Below are positions 10,599 to 22,435 of a stretch of DNA of 64,000 bases, piece by piece; positions within the stretch are counted from its first letter, which is position 1; every line of letters starts with the position of its first letter. The notes under the pieces were generated by a model. It made no database searches and was not told the origin of the DNA. It worked only from the letters and a program-made list of their open reading frames with translations. The position numbers were made by a program, and so were the translations under genes. This stretch comes from Prasinococcaceae sp. CCMP 1430. Its lineage: Eukaryota; Plantae; Prasinodermophyta. Location: contig RQSC01001018.1 in the NCBI GenBank assembly GCA_013416795.1, positions 1,908 through 65,907 on the forward strand, given 5' to 3'.

Positions 10599-12110
10599 AT
10601 GGCGGCGAGGACGCCGCGGACGCGGGCGGCTGTAGCCCAGGCGGCGGTGGTGCTAGATGGCGGCAGTGGTGGACGCGGTAGGCGGCGCCCGATCCGCGCT
10701 CCGCGCTCGGCGCCGCGCGCGGAGGCGCGGAGGTGCGATGGCGCAGACGCGGGATCGAGCGCGCCTGGCGCGGTACAATGGGACGATGGGCGCGCGTCGT
10801 CGGCGTCCCGCGCGTCCGCAAGCGCGGGGCCACGGGCGGGAGGCCGACGCCGCGAGCTGTTTGCCGCCGCCGCCGCCGCCGCACTGCTCGCGCCGGCGGG
10901 CGCGAACTCTCCCGCAGACGCAGAGGAGCTCGCCGATGCAGCAGCGGCGCTCGGAGGCGCAGGCGGCGTCGACTACAGCGCCCCGGGGCCCTTCCTGACG
11001 GGCACGCTCCTCACCCTCGAACACACGCCTGAGGACCTCTACCCTCTGTGCCAGGGCTCGCTTTGCCTGGAGCGCCTCCGAATTACCTACCCAAAGGCAT
11101 CCGGCGCGGGTGCCAAGCGGCAGAAGGCCCCGCTGGCCGTGCTCTCGTCGGGCTTCAGCGTCGACGCGAAGATGTACTCGTCGTACGCGCAGCACCTGGC
11201 CAGCTGGGGTTGGTGTGTGGTGGGGTACGACGTGAACAACAACAGCATGCTCTCGCCGCTCACCGACGACTTACTCGCCGGCCACGTGCGCGAGATTATC
11301 AACTACGTGACCGCGCAGCCGCCCTTCGCGGGGCGCGTCTGTGCCAAGGAGGCCGAGGTGCTGCTCGTGGGACACTCGCGCGGCGCGAAGGTCTCTGTGC
11401 TCGAGAGCGCATCGGATCCGCGCGTGGGCGCACTCGTGCTTCTGGATCCCGTAGACAATACGGTGTATGCGCCGCTGGCGCCCGGATTCCCATCGGCGAA
11501 CGCGTTGCTGCGCCACGGCCTCGATGGCAGGGGTGCTGATATCGATACCAAGGAGACGGCCGCCGCGGCCGCGCGAGATTCCACCGCGACACCGTCGATG
11601 GCGGAGGTGGGCGCGGCAGAGGCAGCGGAGGTGGGCAAGGCGCCCTCGGAGGGGAGCGCAACGCGCCGGCAGCGGCGCGTGCCCATCGCAATCGTGGGGG
11701 CTGCTGGCGGCAACGACTGCGCGCCTGCCGATGCAAATTACTCGACTTTCTACGCATCGGCCGTGGCGGGACGCACGGGGGACGCGTACCTCGTGGAGCT
11801 GCCGAAAGCGGGTCACCTGCAGTACCTTGACGGGACCAACTTGCAGCGCGCTGCGTGCGCCGAGTCCGAGGAGGTCGACGACGAGGTGGTGCACGCGGTG
11901 TCCAGGGCGCTCATAGTCTCGTGGGGGCTCAAGCACCTTCGGAACTCCAGCGCTACGGGCGGCACGTTCTACAGCGATACCTCGGGCGGCGGCAACGGCA
12001 CGTACCTGCCAGCTGAGCTCGACGGGGCGACAGTGGACGTGCAATCCGTCGTGGACAGCATTGGCTCGCGGTACGGCGTGGAGCTCAAATCGCAGTCGCA
12101 CAACGCCTAA
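10599..12110 (+). CDS. Chlorophyllase-like alpha/beta hydrolase with plastid transit peptide and possible Tat signal
   Basis: GHSRG nucleophile elbow, LLDPVD, AGHLQYLD, and SGF...YSSYAQHLASWG. The N-terminus is Arg/Ala/Ser-rich and ends in RRRELFAAAAAAALLAPAGANSPADA. Confidence 0.8.
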   Translation: MAARTPRTRAAVAQAAVVLDGGSGGRGRRRPIRAPRSAPRAEARRCDGADAGSSAPGAVQWDDGRASSASRASASAGPRAGGRRRELFAAAAAAALLAPAGANSPADAEELADAAAALGGAGGVDYSAPGPFLTGTLLTLEHTPEDLYPLCQGSLCLERLRITYPKASGAGAKRQKAPLAVLSSGFSVDAKMYSSYAQHLASWGWCVVGYDVNNNSMLSPLTDDLLAGHVREIINYVTAQPPFAGRVCAKEAEVLLVGHSRGAKVSVLESASDPRVGALVLLDPVDNTVYAPLAPGFPSANALLRHGLDGRGADIDTKETAAAAARDSTATPSMAEVGAAEAAEVGKAPSEGSATRRQRRVPIAIVGAAGGNDCAPADANYSTFYASAVAGRTGDAYLVELPKAGHLQYLDGTNLQRAACAESEEVDDEVVHAVSRALIVSWGLKHLRNSSATGGTFYSDTSGGGNGTYLPAELDGATVDVQSVVDSIGSRYGVELKSQSHNA

Positions 12111-12251
12111 TATCAACGTAATATGCGCGCGCGTTTGAGATGACGAATAATTAATGTGTGTACAGGCTGCGGCGCCAGCGCGGCGTTTCGTAATGCGGTC
12201 TGTCTTTCGGTCGCCCGCCTCGTGATGCGCCCGCTCGCACGCGCACACGCG

Positions 12252-13714
12252 TTACGACAGGTCGACCTCGGGTGCGTCGCTCTCGCCGAGGTCCAGGGCG
12301 TCGGTCGTCATGTTGTCGAAGATGGATTCGTCGACGTCCTCACTCGACAGGCGTTTCTGCTCGTATGCTGCGCGCTCGTCGCATGCGTCCTTCCACGACT
12401 CCTCCTGGGTGACACGCTGGAAGGTTGGCAGGTGGCGGGCCTCGAGGACGCGCCAGTCGCCGTCGCGGAACATCAGTGCGGGCTCCTCCAGCTCGCTGGC
12501 GTGCGGGCCGGCCACGTGCACCTTGCGGATGGTACGCGTGGCGGAGTCCAGGCAGTAGAGCTCGTTGTGCTGTGGTGTGAACTCGAACATGGGCGGCAGC
12601 CACCAATCGCTCTCCTCGACGCGCTCCTCCATGGTGGTGTCGATGCGGAGCAGCTCAGTCGGGGGCTTGAACTCGCACCTGGGACCGATGGGGATGTCGG
12701 TCTTGACGGGCACAAGGAAAACCTGCTCGAGCTTGGATCGGATGATCGTGTCCATGAAGGGGACCCGCTCGGGATAGTCCTCATGCCACTGCTGTATGTC
12801 AAAGTCGCGTGCTTCGGTCATCTCGAAACGCATGACGCTGTAAAGCTGCGGCGGCGGCGCCTCCGCCGCGCCCTCCGCGCCATCCTCCTCGTCTTCCTCG
12901 TAGCGCGCGCGCTCGTACGAAACCCTCTGCGCCGCCGCCCAGCGCTCGTACGAGATGTCCTTGTCGATCACATGGTCACGCTTTGGCATGGCCTCCGCCT
13001 GCACCCACACGTCCGACAGGTCGAAGCGCCCGTCCTCGAGCTGCCGCACGAGGAATTCCGCGTCGTCGAGATTGAACGCGTAGTAGCCCTCGCGTGAGAG
13101 TTCGGTGCCGTCCGGCGCGAGCGCCGTGCCCGGCGGCTGGGTGTGCATGATCGGATTTGAGAACCATTTCTCCGCCCACTCCGTGTCGCTCAGCGCCACG
13201 TCCTCCGGGTCCGTCGCCCACGTGAGCCCGTAGTCGCGCTTGGTGTGGAAGAGCGCCGGCGCCCGCTCCTTCCGCTCCTCAAAGGGGAGTTCCGGCCGCA
13301 GCGGCGGCAGGTCGCGCCAGTACTCCGCGAGTCCGAGCTCTTCGCCGCCGTCGAGACTGTCCGCGCCCCTCGGAAACGCTCCGTCAAGGCTGTCCAGGTC
13401 GAAGAGGTCCTCCGCGCTGCCGGCCTCGGCGGACGCGACGGCGCCGTACGCGAGCAGCGCGTCGTCGTCCGAGTCGCCCGCCTCCTCCTCGCGCTGCGCG
13501 ACCGCATCGATGTTGACCGCCGCCCCGCTCATCCCAGCGCGCGCGGACTCCTCCGCCTCGCGCCTCCGCCTCGCCGCCTCCAGCATCGACCTCCAGCTCA
13601 CCTCGCCGCCGTCCTCGCCGCCGGCGCCCTCCGCGGCGCCCTCGCCTGCCAAACCCTCGCCGCCCGCGCCAGCTCACCCTTCTCCTTGGCGAGTGCGGCA
13701 TGTGCCTCGCGCAT
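12252..13714 (-). CDS. Uncharacterised acidic, Trp/Tyr-rich protein; 5' end uncertain
   Basis: 466-aa ORF with strong coding-like codon usage and complex sequence. The upstream frame MREAHAALAKEK can join via a 32-nt GT-AG segment or a frameshift. Confidence 0.7.
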
Positions 13715-14043
13715 GGCCGACACGCCGGGGGGAGGTGGAGGGCGGGGGTGTCGGTGCGCAGGCCCAAGACGCGCCACAATTCCGCCGCGGCGCGGCGCGG
13801 ACGTCGCAGCCCTTCTGCTGCCGCAGCCGCGACAATGGTCAACAGAGACAGATTGCCTGTAACTCCTGAGCTCGCGACAGCTACTGCCCGCTGCATTGAG
13901 CTCTGGCTGCTACCGAAACGTCACCTCACCGCGAGGAGCCTTGAAAAACACACCTATTAAATCACATGCACGCCGCCTCGCAGCCGATCCGATGCCCATG
14001 GCGCCCACGCGCGCGCGGAGCGCGGACCGTTCCGCGGGGGGGG

Positions 14044-14458
14044 GGGGGTGCTGGAGCGTGACATTTTCCGTTTTTGATATAGAAACCATCCCAGCACCCG
14101 TCGGTGCATTTTGTACTGCATCTACATCAAATGCATTGCGAAGGGATTTCAGCGCAACATGCATTTTCTATATCACGAGCTCACGAACCAGCTCCCCCCG
14201 AACATTCGCTCCAGCTCCCCCTGCGTACGCTCCAGCTCCCCCCTCTTCTCCATTCATTTGATGTAAACTTGGGAAAAAAAAATATTCATCGATTCATTCA
14301 AAATTATATAAAGGGTCTACATATATGTTCTAATGTGGATCGCGTTTCACAATCCATTCAAATTGGCCTTCGCCCGAAGGGCGAAGGCCATAAACCTCAA
14401 ACAATCTAACCCAAAGGGGGTGCTGAGAGCGTTTTCTTGCAGGGGGGGGTGCTGGAAC
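14044..14458. repeat. Array of 7 copies of a GGG(T/A)GCTG(G) motif in both orientations, in the divergent intergenic region
   Basis: Plus-strand copies at 14044, 14416, 14445; minus-strand copies at 14090, 14188, 14208, 14229. Confidence 0.7.
14364..14390. other. Perfect 12-bp inverted repeat with a GAA loop
   Basis: TGGCCTTCGCCC-GAA-GGGCGAAGGCCA. Confidence 0.9.
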
Positions 14459-14849
14459 GAATGTGACCCCAGAACCAAACCACACCAAAGCAAATATCAA
14501 AGCAAAGCAGACTCACACAAACACAAACGCAGGGAGGGACAGGTGAGCCACAGGGCGCGCGCGCGGCGAGAGCGGTGCGGGCTCCTCCCCCCCCCCCCTC
14601 TCCCCTCACGCGCCGCGCGGCACGCGCGGGAGAGGGGAGGCCGGGAGATCGCGGCGGCGAGCGTTCGGCCCGTCGCCGCCGCTCGCTTCGTCCCCAGGGG
14701 GGGGGGCGCGGCGCGCGCGCGCGCGCCGGCCGGGGAGGCGAGGGCGCAGGGGCTGATCGGTGACCTAGCGAAGGCCGGGGGGAAGGGGGAGGGGGTGGGG
14801 TGCAGGCGTGCGTGCGTGGGCGAGAGAGGGGGGGAAACGCGGCTTGGCA

Positions 14850-17800
14850 ATGGCGGCGTCGCCGCTGCTGCCACCCGAGGTGCTCAAGGCGTGGGCCGCA
14901 GGGAAGGAGTGCGTGGCGCCGTCGGGCATCGGCGAGGCAAACGTCGCGGACTTCGTCTATGAGGCCGTCGCGGCCTGCGCGCGTGGCGAGCTCGCCCCCG
15001 GGCACCTGGCGGGCGGAATCGCCAAGTGCGGCCTAGTCGCGAGGGAGGGCGTCGATCTCGCGGATGCGTGTGCCGACGCGCTGTGGCTCGCGGGCGCAAC
15101 AGCGGGCGCCGCGGACGCTGGCGACGACGGAGCGTCAGACGCTCTCGTCGCCGCCGCGGACGTCGCCAAGGAGTTCGTCGCGGCCGGCGTGTGCAGCGAG
15201 CGCATGCTGCGTGAGCGCCTCGAGCTCGACCACCTGGACGCCGCGGGGCTCCTTCCCGCGGGCGGCGCCGCCGGCTGGCGCAAGAAGGAGGTCAAGGTGA
15301 ACACGCGGCTGAAGTACGAGCAGAAGCGCTTCAATCTGCTGCACGAGGAGAGCGAAGGATGGGCCAAGGCCGCGTCGCTGCTGCACTGTCGGCGCGCTGC
15401 CGCGGAGGGGCCCAACGCCGACGCGACCGAAGTCGAGCGTCACACGCGCGCGCTGGTGACCTCCGTGCAGATGCTCGTCGGGCGCTTCGATCTGGATCCG
15501 AACAGGGTCATGGACGTCGCTCTGGACGCGCTGCAGGCCGCGCCAGCGGACGCGGCGCTGCGCAGCTTGCTGAAGGCGCCCGTGCTCAAGGTCAGCGCGC
15601 TGCCGCACCTCTTGGGCGCGAAGTTCCGCGCTTATGCGGAGGGCGCTCACGCCGAGGAAGGCGAGGAACCCGACGCGCGCACGGCGGCAACACCGCCGGC
15701 GCTCTACGACGCGGCTGCGGCGCTCGTCGCCGACGGCATCTTGGACGTCGGGGCGCTGTACGCGCACCTCTCGCCGAGCGACGCGGCAGCTGCCGCCGCG
15801 CACAAGCTTGAAACCAAGGCCGCGCTGGACGCCGTGCGCTCCAAGGGCATGGTCAACCTGTCCGCTGCGTCCGCTACCGCCGAGGAGAAGGCCCTCGCGG
15901 AGGCCAAACGCGAGAAGGCCGAGCGCGAGCGCCGTGCCGAGGCCGTCGCGCGCCGCGAGGCCAACCAGAAGCTCGGACTTGCTGCTGCCCTGCTCGAACG
16001 CGGCTGCGCGTGGGACGGTGCTCGCGCGCTGCTGCGCCGCCTCGCGCCCATCGACCCTGCGTCGCATCCACGCATCCGCCGTGCACTTCTCTCGCAGTGC
16101 ACGCAGGTCATAGCACCGCTCTACGCTGAGATCTCAGTGCAGGCCAAGCTGCGCCGATTCCGCGAGACGGGTGACGCCGACGCGCCCGCGCCCACCACGG
16201 TGGGCGCGCTGCCTACGTTGGCCTTCGAGCTGCTGGCGGAGCTGGGCTCGCACCTCAGCACCGATGTCGTGCTTCTGGCCAAGGTTTGCAGGTGCTTGCG
16301 CGCGCACATCGAGCGCGCGTCGATCGGTGGCGAGGGCGCGCTCGCGGCCGCGCAGGAGGCCGTGTGCGGCGCACTGTCATCGTGCGTGCTGCCCTCGTGC
16401 GCTCTCACGCCCTCCAATCCCGCCTTACTGGACGAGGCGTGGCAGGTGCTTCAGCTGCTGCCATGGGGCACGCGATACCGCACGTACGCTGCATGGGACG
16501 ACCCAGCGCTCGCGGAGCGCTCGCCGGCGCTCGCAGCCGTCAAGCTTGAGGCCGATCGAGAGGCCAAGTGGGTGCTCAAGCGACTCGTGCCGGAGAACGT
16601 CAAGATGTACGGGCGGCGATTCTGCAAGGCCACGCACGCATTCCCGCTCCCCGCCCTTTCCGCTGCCGTCAAGCAGGTCGAGACCTACCCCACACACACC
16701 GAAAACGTTGTGGGTCTTCTCAACTACATGTCGTCACTCGACCTGGACGCGCTGGCGTACGTTGTGGTGGAGCGCCTGGCGAGCGCACGCGACAAGCTCA
16801 AAGAGGACGGCCAGAACATCGCTGGCTGGCTGCAGAGCCTTGCGTCGTTCGCTGGCCACGTGTGGCGCCGGCACAGCGCGATAGATATGCACGGCCTGCT
16901 GGAATACATCATCGCCCGGCTGCGGAGCGACGAGTGCCTTGACCTTGTGGTGCTGCAGGAGCTGCTTGCGCGTGTGTGCAACGTGGAGTGGCAGGAAGAG
17001 CTCTCCGGCCCGGCACTTGACAAGCTTGCGGGCGGGCGCGTGCTGCGCTCAACGGCTGTAGTGGTTACGCAGGGCATGCAGCGTGGCGTCAACACGGTGG
17101 CGAAGGCTATCGCACACATGCGCGCCGCGCTAGTGACGCAAGCCGACGAAGACCTGGCGGTGCCATTGCTCGCACTCATCGGCCACCAGCGCAGCGCCGC
17201 CGTGTACGCCGTGGACATGCCGCACCTGAAGCTCGTGAGCGAGCTCGTCGACCGTTCGCACGTGTGCTTCCTACAGTACGCCGAGTTCTTGCAGCTCGCG
17301 GTCGCTGGCTTACCCGAGTACGGTGCTCTGCTGCCGTCTCTCGACGAGGCTCTGCCGGCACTCAAACTTGGACCGGACTCAATCTTCCACGTGTACCGCC
17401 CGCTGCTCGCCGCGGCAGCGCTAGGTGCTCCCTCGGATGACGCTGAGATGGTAGCCATCGGTGGGAAACAGGTGAAGTACGCGGACCTACTCGACACCGC
17501 GCGCGGCATGCTACCCAGCGAGGCGTGGCAATCCCTATCGCCCGAGCTCTACCTGACGTTTTGGGCGCTCAAGCTGAGCGACGTGCGTGATCCGGCGAAG
17601 TCGTACGCTGATGAGCTCAAGGTGACGCGTGAGGCGCTCGCAAACGTGGACAAGCAGGCCAAGACGGCGCCGGGCATGTCTGCGGGGCTGGTTGACAAAG
17701 CCGGCGTGCGTAGCACTGACACGGAGAAGAAGCGCGATCGCGAGAAGGGTCGCCTGGGCAACATCATCGAGGGGCTCACACGCGAAGCCAAGGAGGCTAC

Positions 17801-19139
17801 GGTGCGCTTCCACGCGGTTGGGTGTAGCCTGAAGGCCGCCAAGGGGCGGTGGTTTGCCGGTGCGGTCGACCCCAACGGGATCGACGAAGCGCTGCTCACG
17901 CACTGCGTCCTGCCACGCGTGACCATATCGCAGATCGATGCCATCTACGCCGCCCGTTTTGTGGAGACGCTGGTGAAGATCGGCACACCGGGCTTCAGCG
18001 CTTTCAGGTATTTCAACACGCTCCTCGCGGGCGTGCGCCCGCTCGTGTACACGGCAACCGAATATGAGGCGGGGCGCATGGGCCGCTTCCTCGCAGAAAC
18101 ATTCGCCGTGATCGCCGGATGGGTCGACGACAGGAAAGGCTTCGAGTCCACATCGAAGCTGCCAGGCTTTGCCAAGAGCATGGCAGATCCGGAGGCCGAG
18201 GGTGCCACCTACGTCGAGTTCGCCGCTGCGGTCACCAAGTGGTACAACGGGGCCGCGAAGGCTTTCTTGGACATATTTGAGGCCGGCGAGTACATGGAGA
18301 TGCGCAACGCGCTCATCGTCCTCACCAAGCTGCAGGGCGTCTTTCCCAAGTACATGACCTTGTACGAGCACTTGGAGCGCGCTGTGGAGAAAATCAAGAC
18401 GAGTGACCCTCGTGAAGACCTCAAGGTGCTCGCGAATCGCTATCACGCCGTCCTGCAGCGCGAGCAGCGTGACGGCAGCCTTCTTCCGTTCCCTGACAGC
18501 AAGGAGGCGCTCGAGCCAGCCGACTCGGATGAGGATATGGCTGAAGCCGATGAGGGCGAGGTGCCTCAGGCCAAGGCAACCAAGGGCGGTGCGAAGGCTG
18601 AGCGCAAACCTAGCAAACCCAGCGGCGGAGGCAAGCAGGACAGACAAGGCGGCAAGCAGGCGGATGGCGCTGGGCGCGAAGGCAACGATCGCCGCGATCA
18701 GCCAACGCGTGGCGGCCGCACCGCGCGCGACAGAGACAAAGGTGACGCCGATGGCGTTGGCGGCAGCGGTAGCGAATCAGGGCGTGACGCACGCGGCGGG
18801 CGTGGCGCTGGGCGCGATAGCCGCGACGGCCGCGAGCGCAATGGGCCGGCGGCCCGAGCTCGGGACGGCAAGGGTGGCGGTGGCAGTAGCGCTGGCGATG
18901 AGCCTCGCGAGAGTGATCAGCGCACGAGTGGACGCAAGCGCGGCCGTGAGGACGAGTCAAAGGCGGTTGCCCCTGCTGCCGGCTACGGCAAGGGAGCGCA
19001 GCCTCGGCGAGCTTCACAAGAAGGCAGAGATCGCGACAGCCGTGGCAACCGGGACAGCCGCGACAGCCGCGACAGCCGCGACAACCGCGACAGCCGCGAC
19101 AATCGCGACAATCGCGACAACCGCGACAATCGCGACAAT

Positions 19140-19172
<33 letters not shown>

Positions 19173-19556
19173 AAGGGCAGCAAGTTCACCGCCGCGCGCG
19201 AGGCCGCCATAGAGGCGACGCGCAGCGGGGGAGGAACGCGTGGCGCCACTAAGCGCGGCTACGATAGCGACGGCAGGGGCGGAGATCGCGGCGGCGCGGA
19301 CGACTACACCCCGCCCTCCAAGCGTGCTCGTCAGACCCGCGAGGACAGCGGCGGACCTCGTGGGCCGTCAAGTGGGGGCCAGCACCACAGTGGCGGTCGG
19401 GGACGCGGCGGCGGTCGCGGACGCGGCGGCGGTGAGCCGCCGCTGCCGCGCGGGCCTCGTGGCGGCGACAACAGGGACGACGGCCCGTCCCGGGGGTACC
19501 AACGCAAGGACGGGGGGGGCAGAGGTCGCGCACCGCCGCCGCGCAGATATAGCTGA
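14850..19556 (+). CDS. THO2: THO complex subunit 2 (intronless)
   Basis: NTRLKYEQKRFNLLHEESEGWAK, GRFDLDPNRVMDV, YMEMRNALIVLTKL and REDLKVLA match THOC2 motifs. R/D/G-rich C-terminal tail. Confidence 0.92.
19032..19175 (+). repeat. 16 x 9-bp coding tandem repeat (RD[S/N/G]) in the THO2 tail
   Basis: Units of cgcgac(agc/aac/aat/ggc) with two variant units; 144 bp in total. Confidence 0.95.
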
Positions 19557-19970
19557 GAGCACGGACACGAGCGGCCCCGCCGCTCGGAGCCACGCGTGCC
19601 CTCGGCAGCGTGCGCACGTCTGCGTGCGCACCCCAGCGTGCGTGGAGCGCCTGGCGCGCACTGTAATAATGTGACAGCCTTTCACAGAAAAAAGGCAAAA
19701 AAAAAAAGCGACGCTCTGCGCAGTCGCAGCGGGGCGTGGCGCACCCCACAGCGCGCCGCAGGCGCACGGGCAGGCCGCGCGAGCGGCGGCGGTGTGAACG
19801 CGTGCCCGCGGGGGGAGCGGCCGTTTTCCGCGGCGGCAGCGGTTCCGGGGGCTCGCGCTCGCGCGCACGCCCCACCTGCTCGCGCAGAGGCGCTGCGCGC
19901 CCCCTGCCGGCTGTCCCCTCCAGCGTCCGCCACCCCGTGCGCCCGCGCGGGCGCCGTGGGCGACACGGCC

Positions 19971-21269
19971 ATGGCGCATGCTGGCGGTAGCGGGGCAGAC
20001 GATGCGCAGAAGCGCTGGGAGCTCGAGAACGAGATAGGCACGCTCGCTGCGCGCGACGCCGCCGAGCTGGACGGGCTCTTCAAGTACGACGAGGCCGAAC
20101 AGAAGGCCATCGACGCCGCCAAGCCGTGGCGGTCCGACCCGCACTACTTCAAAAAAGTGCGCGTGAGCGCGCTCGCGCTCATCAAGATGGCCATGCACAC
20201 TCGATCTGGCGGCAACCTCGAGGTCATGGGCATGCTCACAGGCAAGACGATGGGCGACACGTTCGTCGTGCTCGACACCTTTGCGCTGCCCGTCGAGGGC
20301 ACTGAGACGCGCGTCAACGCCGCGGGCGAGGCAAACGAGTACATGGTGGACTTCATCACCGCAAACAAGGTGCGATTAAGCGCGCACAAGAGTGCCTCTG
20401 CCCTGTCCCACTCTCTACCCCGTCCCCCTCCGGCAACCCGACCCACCCCTCGTGCCCGCGCGTCACCCCCACTTCGTCCCAAGAACGCTCGCTCACGCGG
20501 CCCGATGGCGCTGGCTGCTGCGCGGTTGCAGGAGGTCGGTCGGTTAGAAAACGTGGTGGGCTGGTACCACTCGCACCCTGGCTACGGCTGCTGGCTGTCG
20601 GGCATCGACTGCAGCACGCAGATGCTCAACCAGCAGTTCCAGGAGCCCTTCCTCGCCATCGTGATCGACCCAGTGCGCACGGTGGCTGCAGGCAAGGTGG
20701 AGATTGGCGCATTCAGGACCTACCCCGAAAACTACAAGCCCCCCGAGGCACGCGGGAGCAGCGAGTACCAGACGATCCCGCTTGATCGCATCGAGGATTT
20801 CGGTGTGCACGCGAACCAGTACTACCCGCTGGACGTGTCCTTCTTCAAGAGCGCCGGGGACTCGCAGCTGCTGGACCTGCTGTGGTCCAAGTACTGGGTC
20901 AGCACGCTGTCGTCGAGCACGCTGGTAAGCAACCGCGCCTTCATCGCCGGGCAGATCGCAGATCTCGCCGGGAAGCTCGAGCAAGCCGAGGGATCCGTCG
21001 GTGCCGGCGGGCGCGGCGGAGAGGGGTTCGCGATGGGCGTCGGGCCAGGCAAGGCGCCCGGGGGTGGCAAGGGCCAGTCGCAACTCGCGAAGGTCGCGCG
21101 GGACTCGGCCAAGGCGGCCGCCGAGCAGATCAATGGCCTGATCACGCAGACCATCAAGGACATCGCTTTCAACAGACCCATTGTCGGCGACCAGGCGTTG
21201 GCGGCGCTCACGTCGGCGGCCGCGGCAACAGCTACCGCGGCCGGCGGGGCGGTGCCCATGCAAGAGTAG
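19971..21269 (+). CDS. CSN5: COP9 signalosome subunit 5 (JAMM/MPN+); intron 20370-20531
   Basis: [71 protein letters not shown]. Confidence 0.96.
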   Translation: MAHAGGSGADDAQKRWELENEIGTLAARDAAELDGLFKYDEAEQKAIDAAKPWRSDPHYFKKVRVSALALIKMAMHTRSGGNLEVMGMLTGKTMGDTFVVLDTFALPVEGTETRVNAAGEANEYMVDFITANKVRLSAHKSASALSHSLPRPPPATRPTPRARASPPLRPKNARSRGPMALAAARLQEVGRLENVVGWYHSHPGYGCWLSGIDCSTQMLNQQFQEPFLAIVIDPVRTVAAGKVEIGAFRTYPENYKPPEARGSSEYQTIPLDRIEDFGVHANQYYPLDVSFFKSAGDSQLLDLLWSKYWVSTLSSSTLVSNRAFIAGQIADLAGKLEQAEGSVGAGGRGGEGFAMGVGPGKAPGGGKGQSQLAKVARDSAKAAAEQINGLITQTIKDIAFNRPIVGDQALAALTSAAAATATAAGGAVPMQE

Positions 21270-21527
21270 GCGCGCGCATGTGTGCAAGTGTGCGTGCGCA
21301 TGCTCTGCTAGTGCGCTGCTGTACCTATGTCAACCGTAGACCGCCAACGAAGCGGCACAAGTCTAATCGCTTGGCGGGCCGCACCCCCTCCTCGGACGGG
21401 GCGGCGCACCCTCGCTTTTCATGTACACACTCGACAGCGTCCGCACGGCAGCGCGCGCTAGCAATCGCGGTTGAGTGGAAGGGTAATTAAGGGTGTTTTA
21501 TACTGCACGACGGCACAGTCCGCGCAC

Positions 21528-22229
21528 TTACGCGTACTGGGCGCGGTTGAGAATGACGCCCTCGAACTGCAAGGCCGCGGCAGCAGACGCGTCGGTCAGC
21601 ACTCGCGAGCGGAGCTTATCCAGGGCGATCATCGGCACCGGCGCGCGGCCCCGCCGACACCCGGCGCCCGGCGCCCGGCGCCACCCACTGATCCCACGGG
21701 AACGCGCATCGCTGCTCGCGCGTCTCGCACGCACCTTCTTCTGGAACCACTGCATCGCGTCGTCGCGCGTCACGCGGTGCTGGATGCCAATGCGGCTCTG
21801 GCGGCTCTTGCGGCGCGACACGCGGTAGCCCGCCCTCTCAAGCACGACGTAGAAGTCCATGCCGTAGATGCCGGTGGCCGGGTCGTACTTGAGGCCGAGG
21901 TCGATGTGCTCCGAGATGCCAAAGCCAAAGTTGCCGCTCTCCGAGAAGTTGCGGCGCAGCAGCTCGTACTCCTTCACCTTGAGGCCGGACTCAAGGATCT
22001 GCATCGCCTTCTCGCCGCGCACGGTCACGTGGCACGCGATCTTCTCGTTACGGCGGATGCCGAACGTGCGCACGGTGTAGCGCGCCTTCGAGAACACCGG
22101 CTGCTGGCCCGTAAGCTGCTCAAGCACCTTGGAGGCGCGGGTCAGGCGATCGCCCGACTCGCCGGTGCAGATGTTCAGCACCAGCTTGGCCACCTTGATC
22201 TCCCTCATGACGTTGGTCTTGCCCTCGGC
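21528..22229 (-). CDS. RPL11: 60S ribosomal protein L11 (uL5); exons 22229-21735 and 21566-21528; first exon probably lost at N 22435
   Basis: [52 protein letters not shown]. Splicing gives WFQKK|FEGVILN. Confidence 0.97.
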   Translation of the reverse strand, partial: AEGKTNVMREIKVAKLVLNICTGESGDRLTRASKVLEQLTGQQPVFSKARYTVRTFGIRRNEKIACHVTVRGEKAMQILESGLKVKEYELLRRNFSESGNFGFGISEHIDLGLKYDPATGIYGMDFYVVLERAGYRVSRRKSRQSRIGIQHRVTRDDAMQWFQKKVRARRASSDARSRGISGWRRAPGAGCRRGRAPVPMIALDKLRSRVLTDASAAAALQFEGVILNRAQYA

Positions 22230-22435
22230 CTGCGAGCGTCGGCGTCGAGCGCGGTGGGGGCGCGGACACGTCAGTGGGCGCGCACAGGACACAACACACA
22301 GCACGGACCGGCGCCGGGTGGCCGACGCATGAGCGCACACGCCCCAGCGAGCGGCGCCCCAGCGAGAGGGCCGAGCGGCCGGGTGGTGCGGCAAGATGGC
22401 GCGCGTCGGGCCGCGCAGGGCACGCGCCCCGGCCN

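Noticed and set aside
12252-13652. Tic22- or pTAC-like identity for the orphan protein
   Set aside because: Only short, vague resemblances; not enough to support a name.
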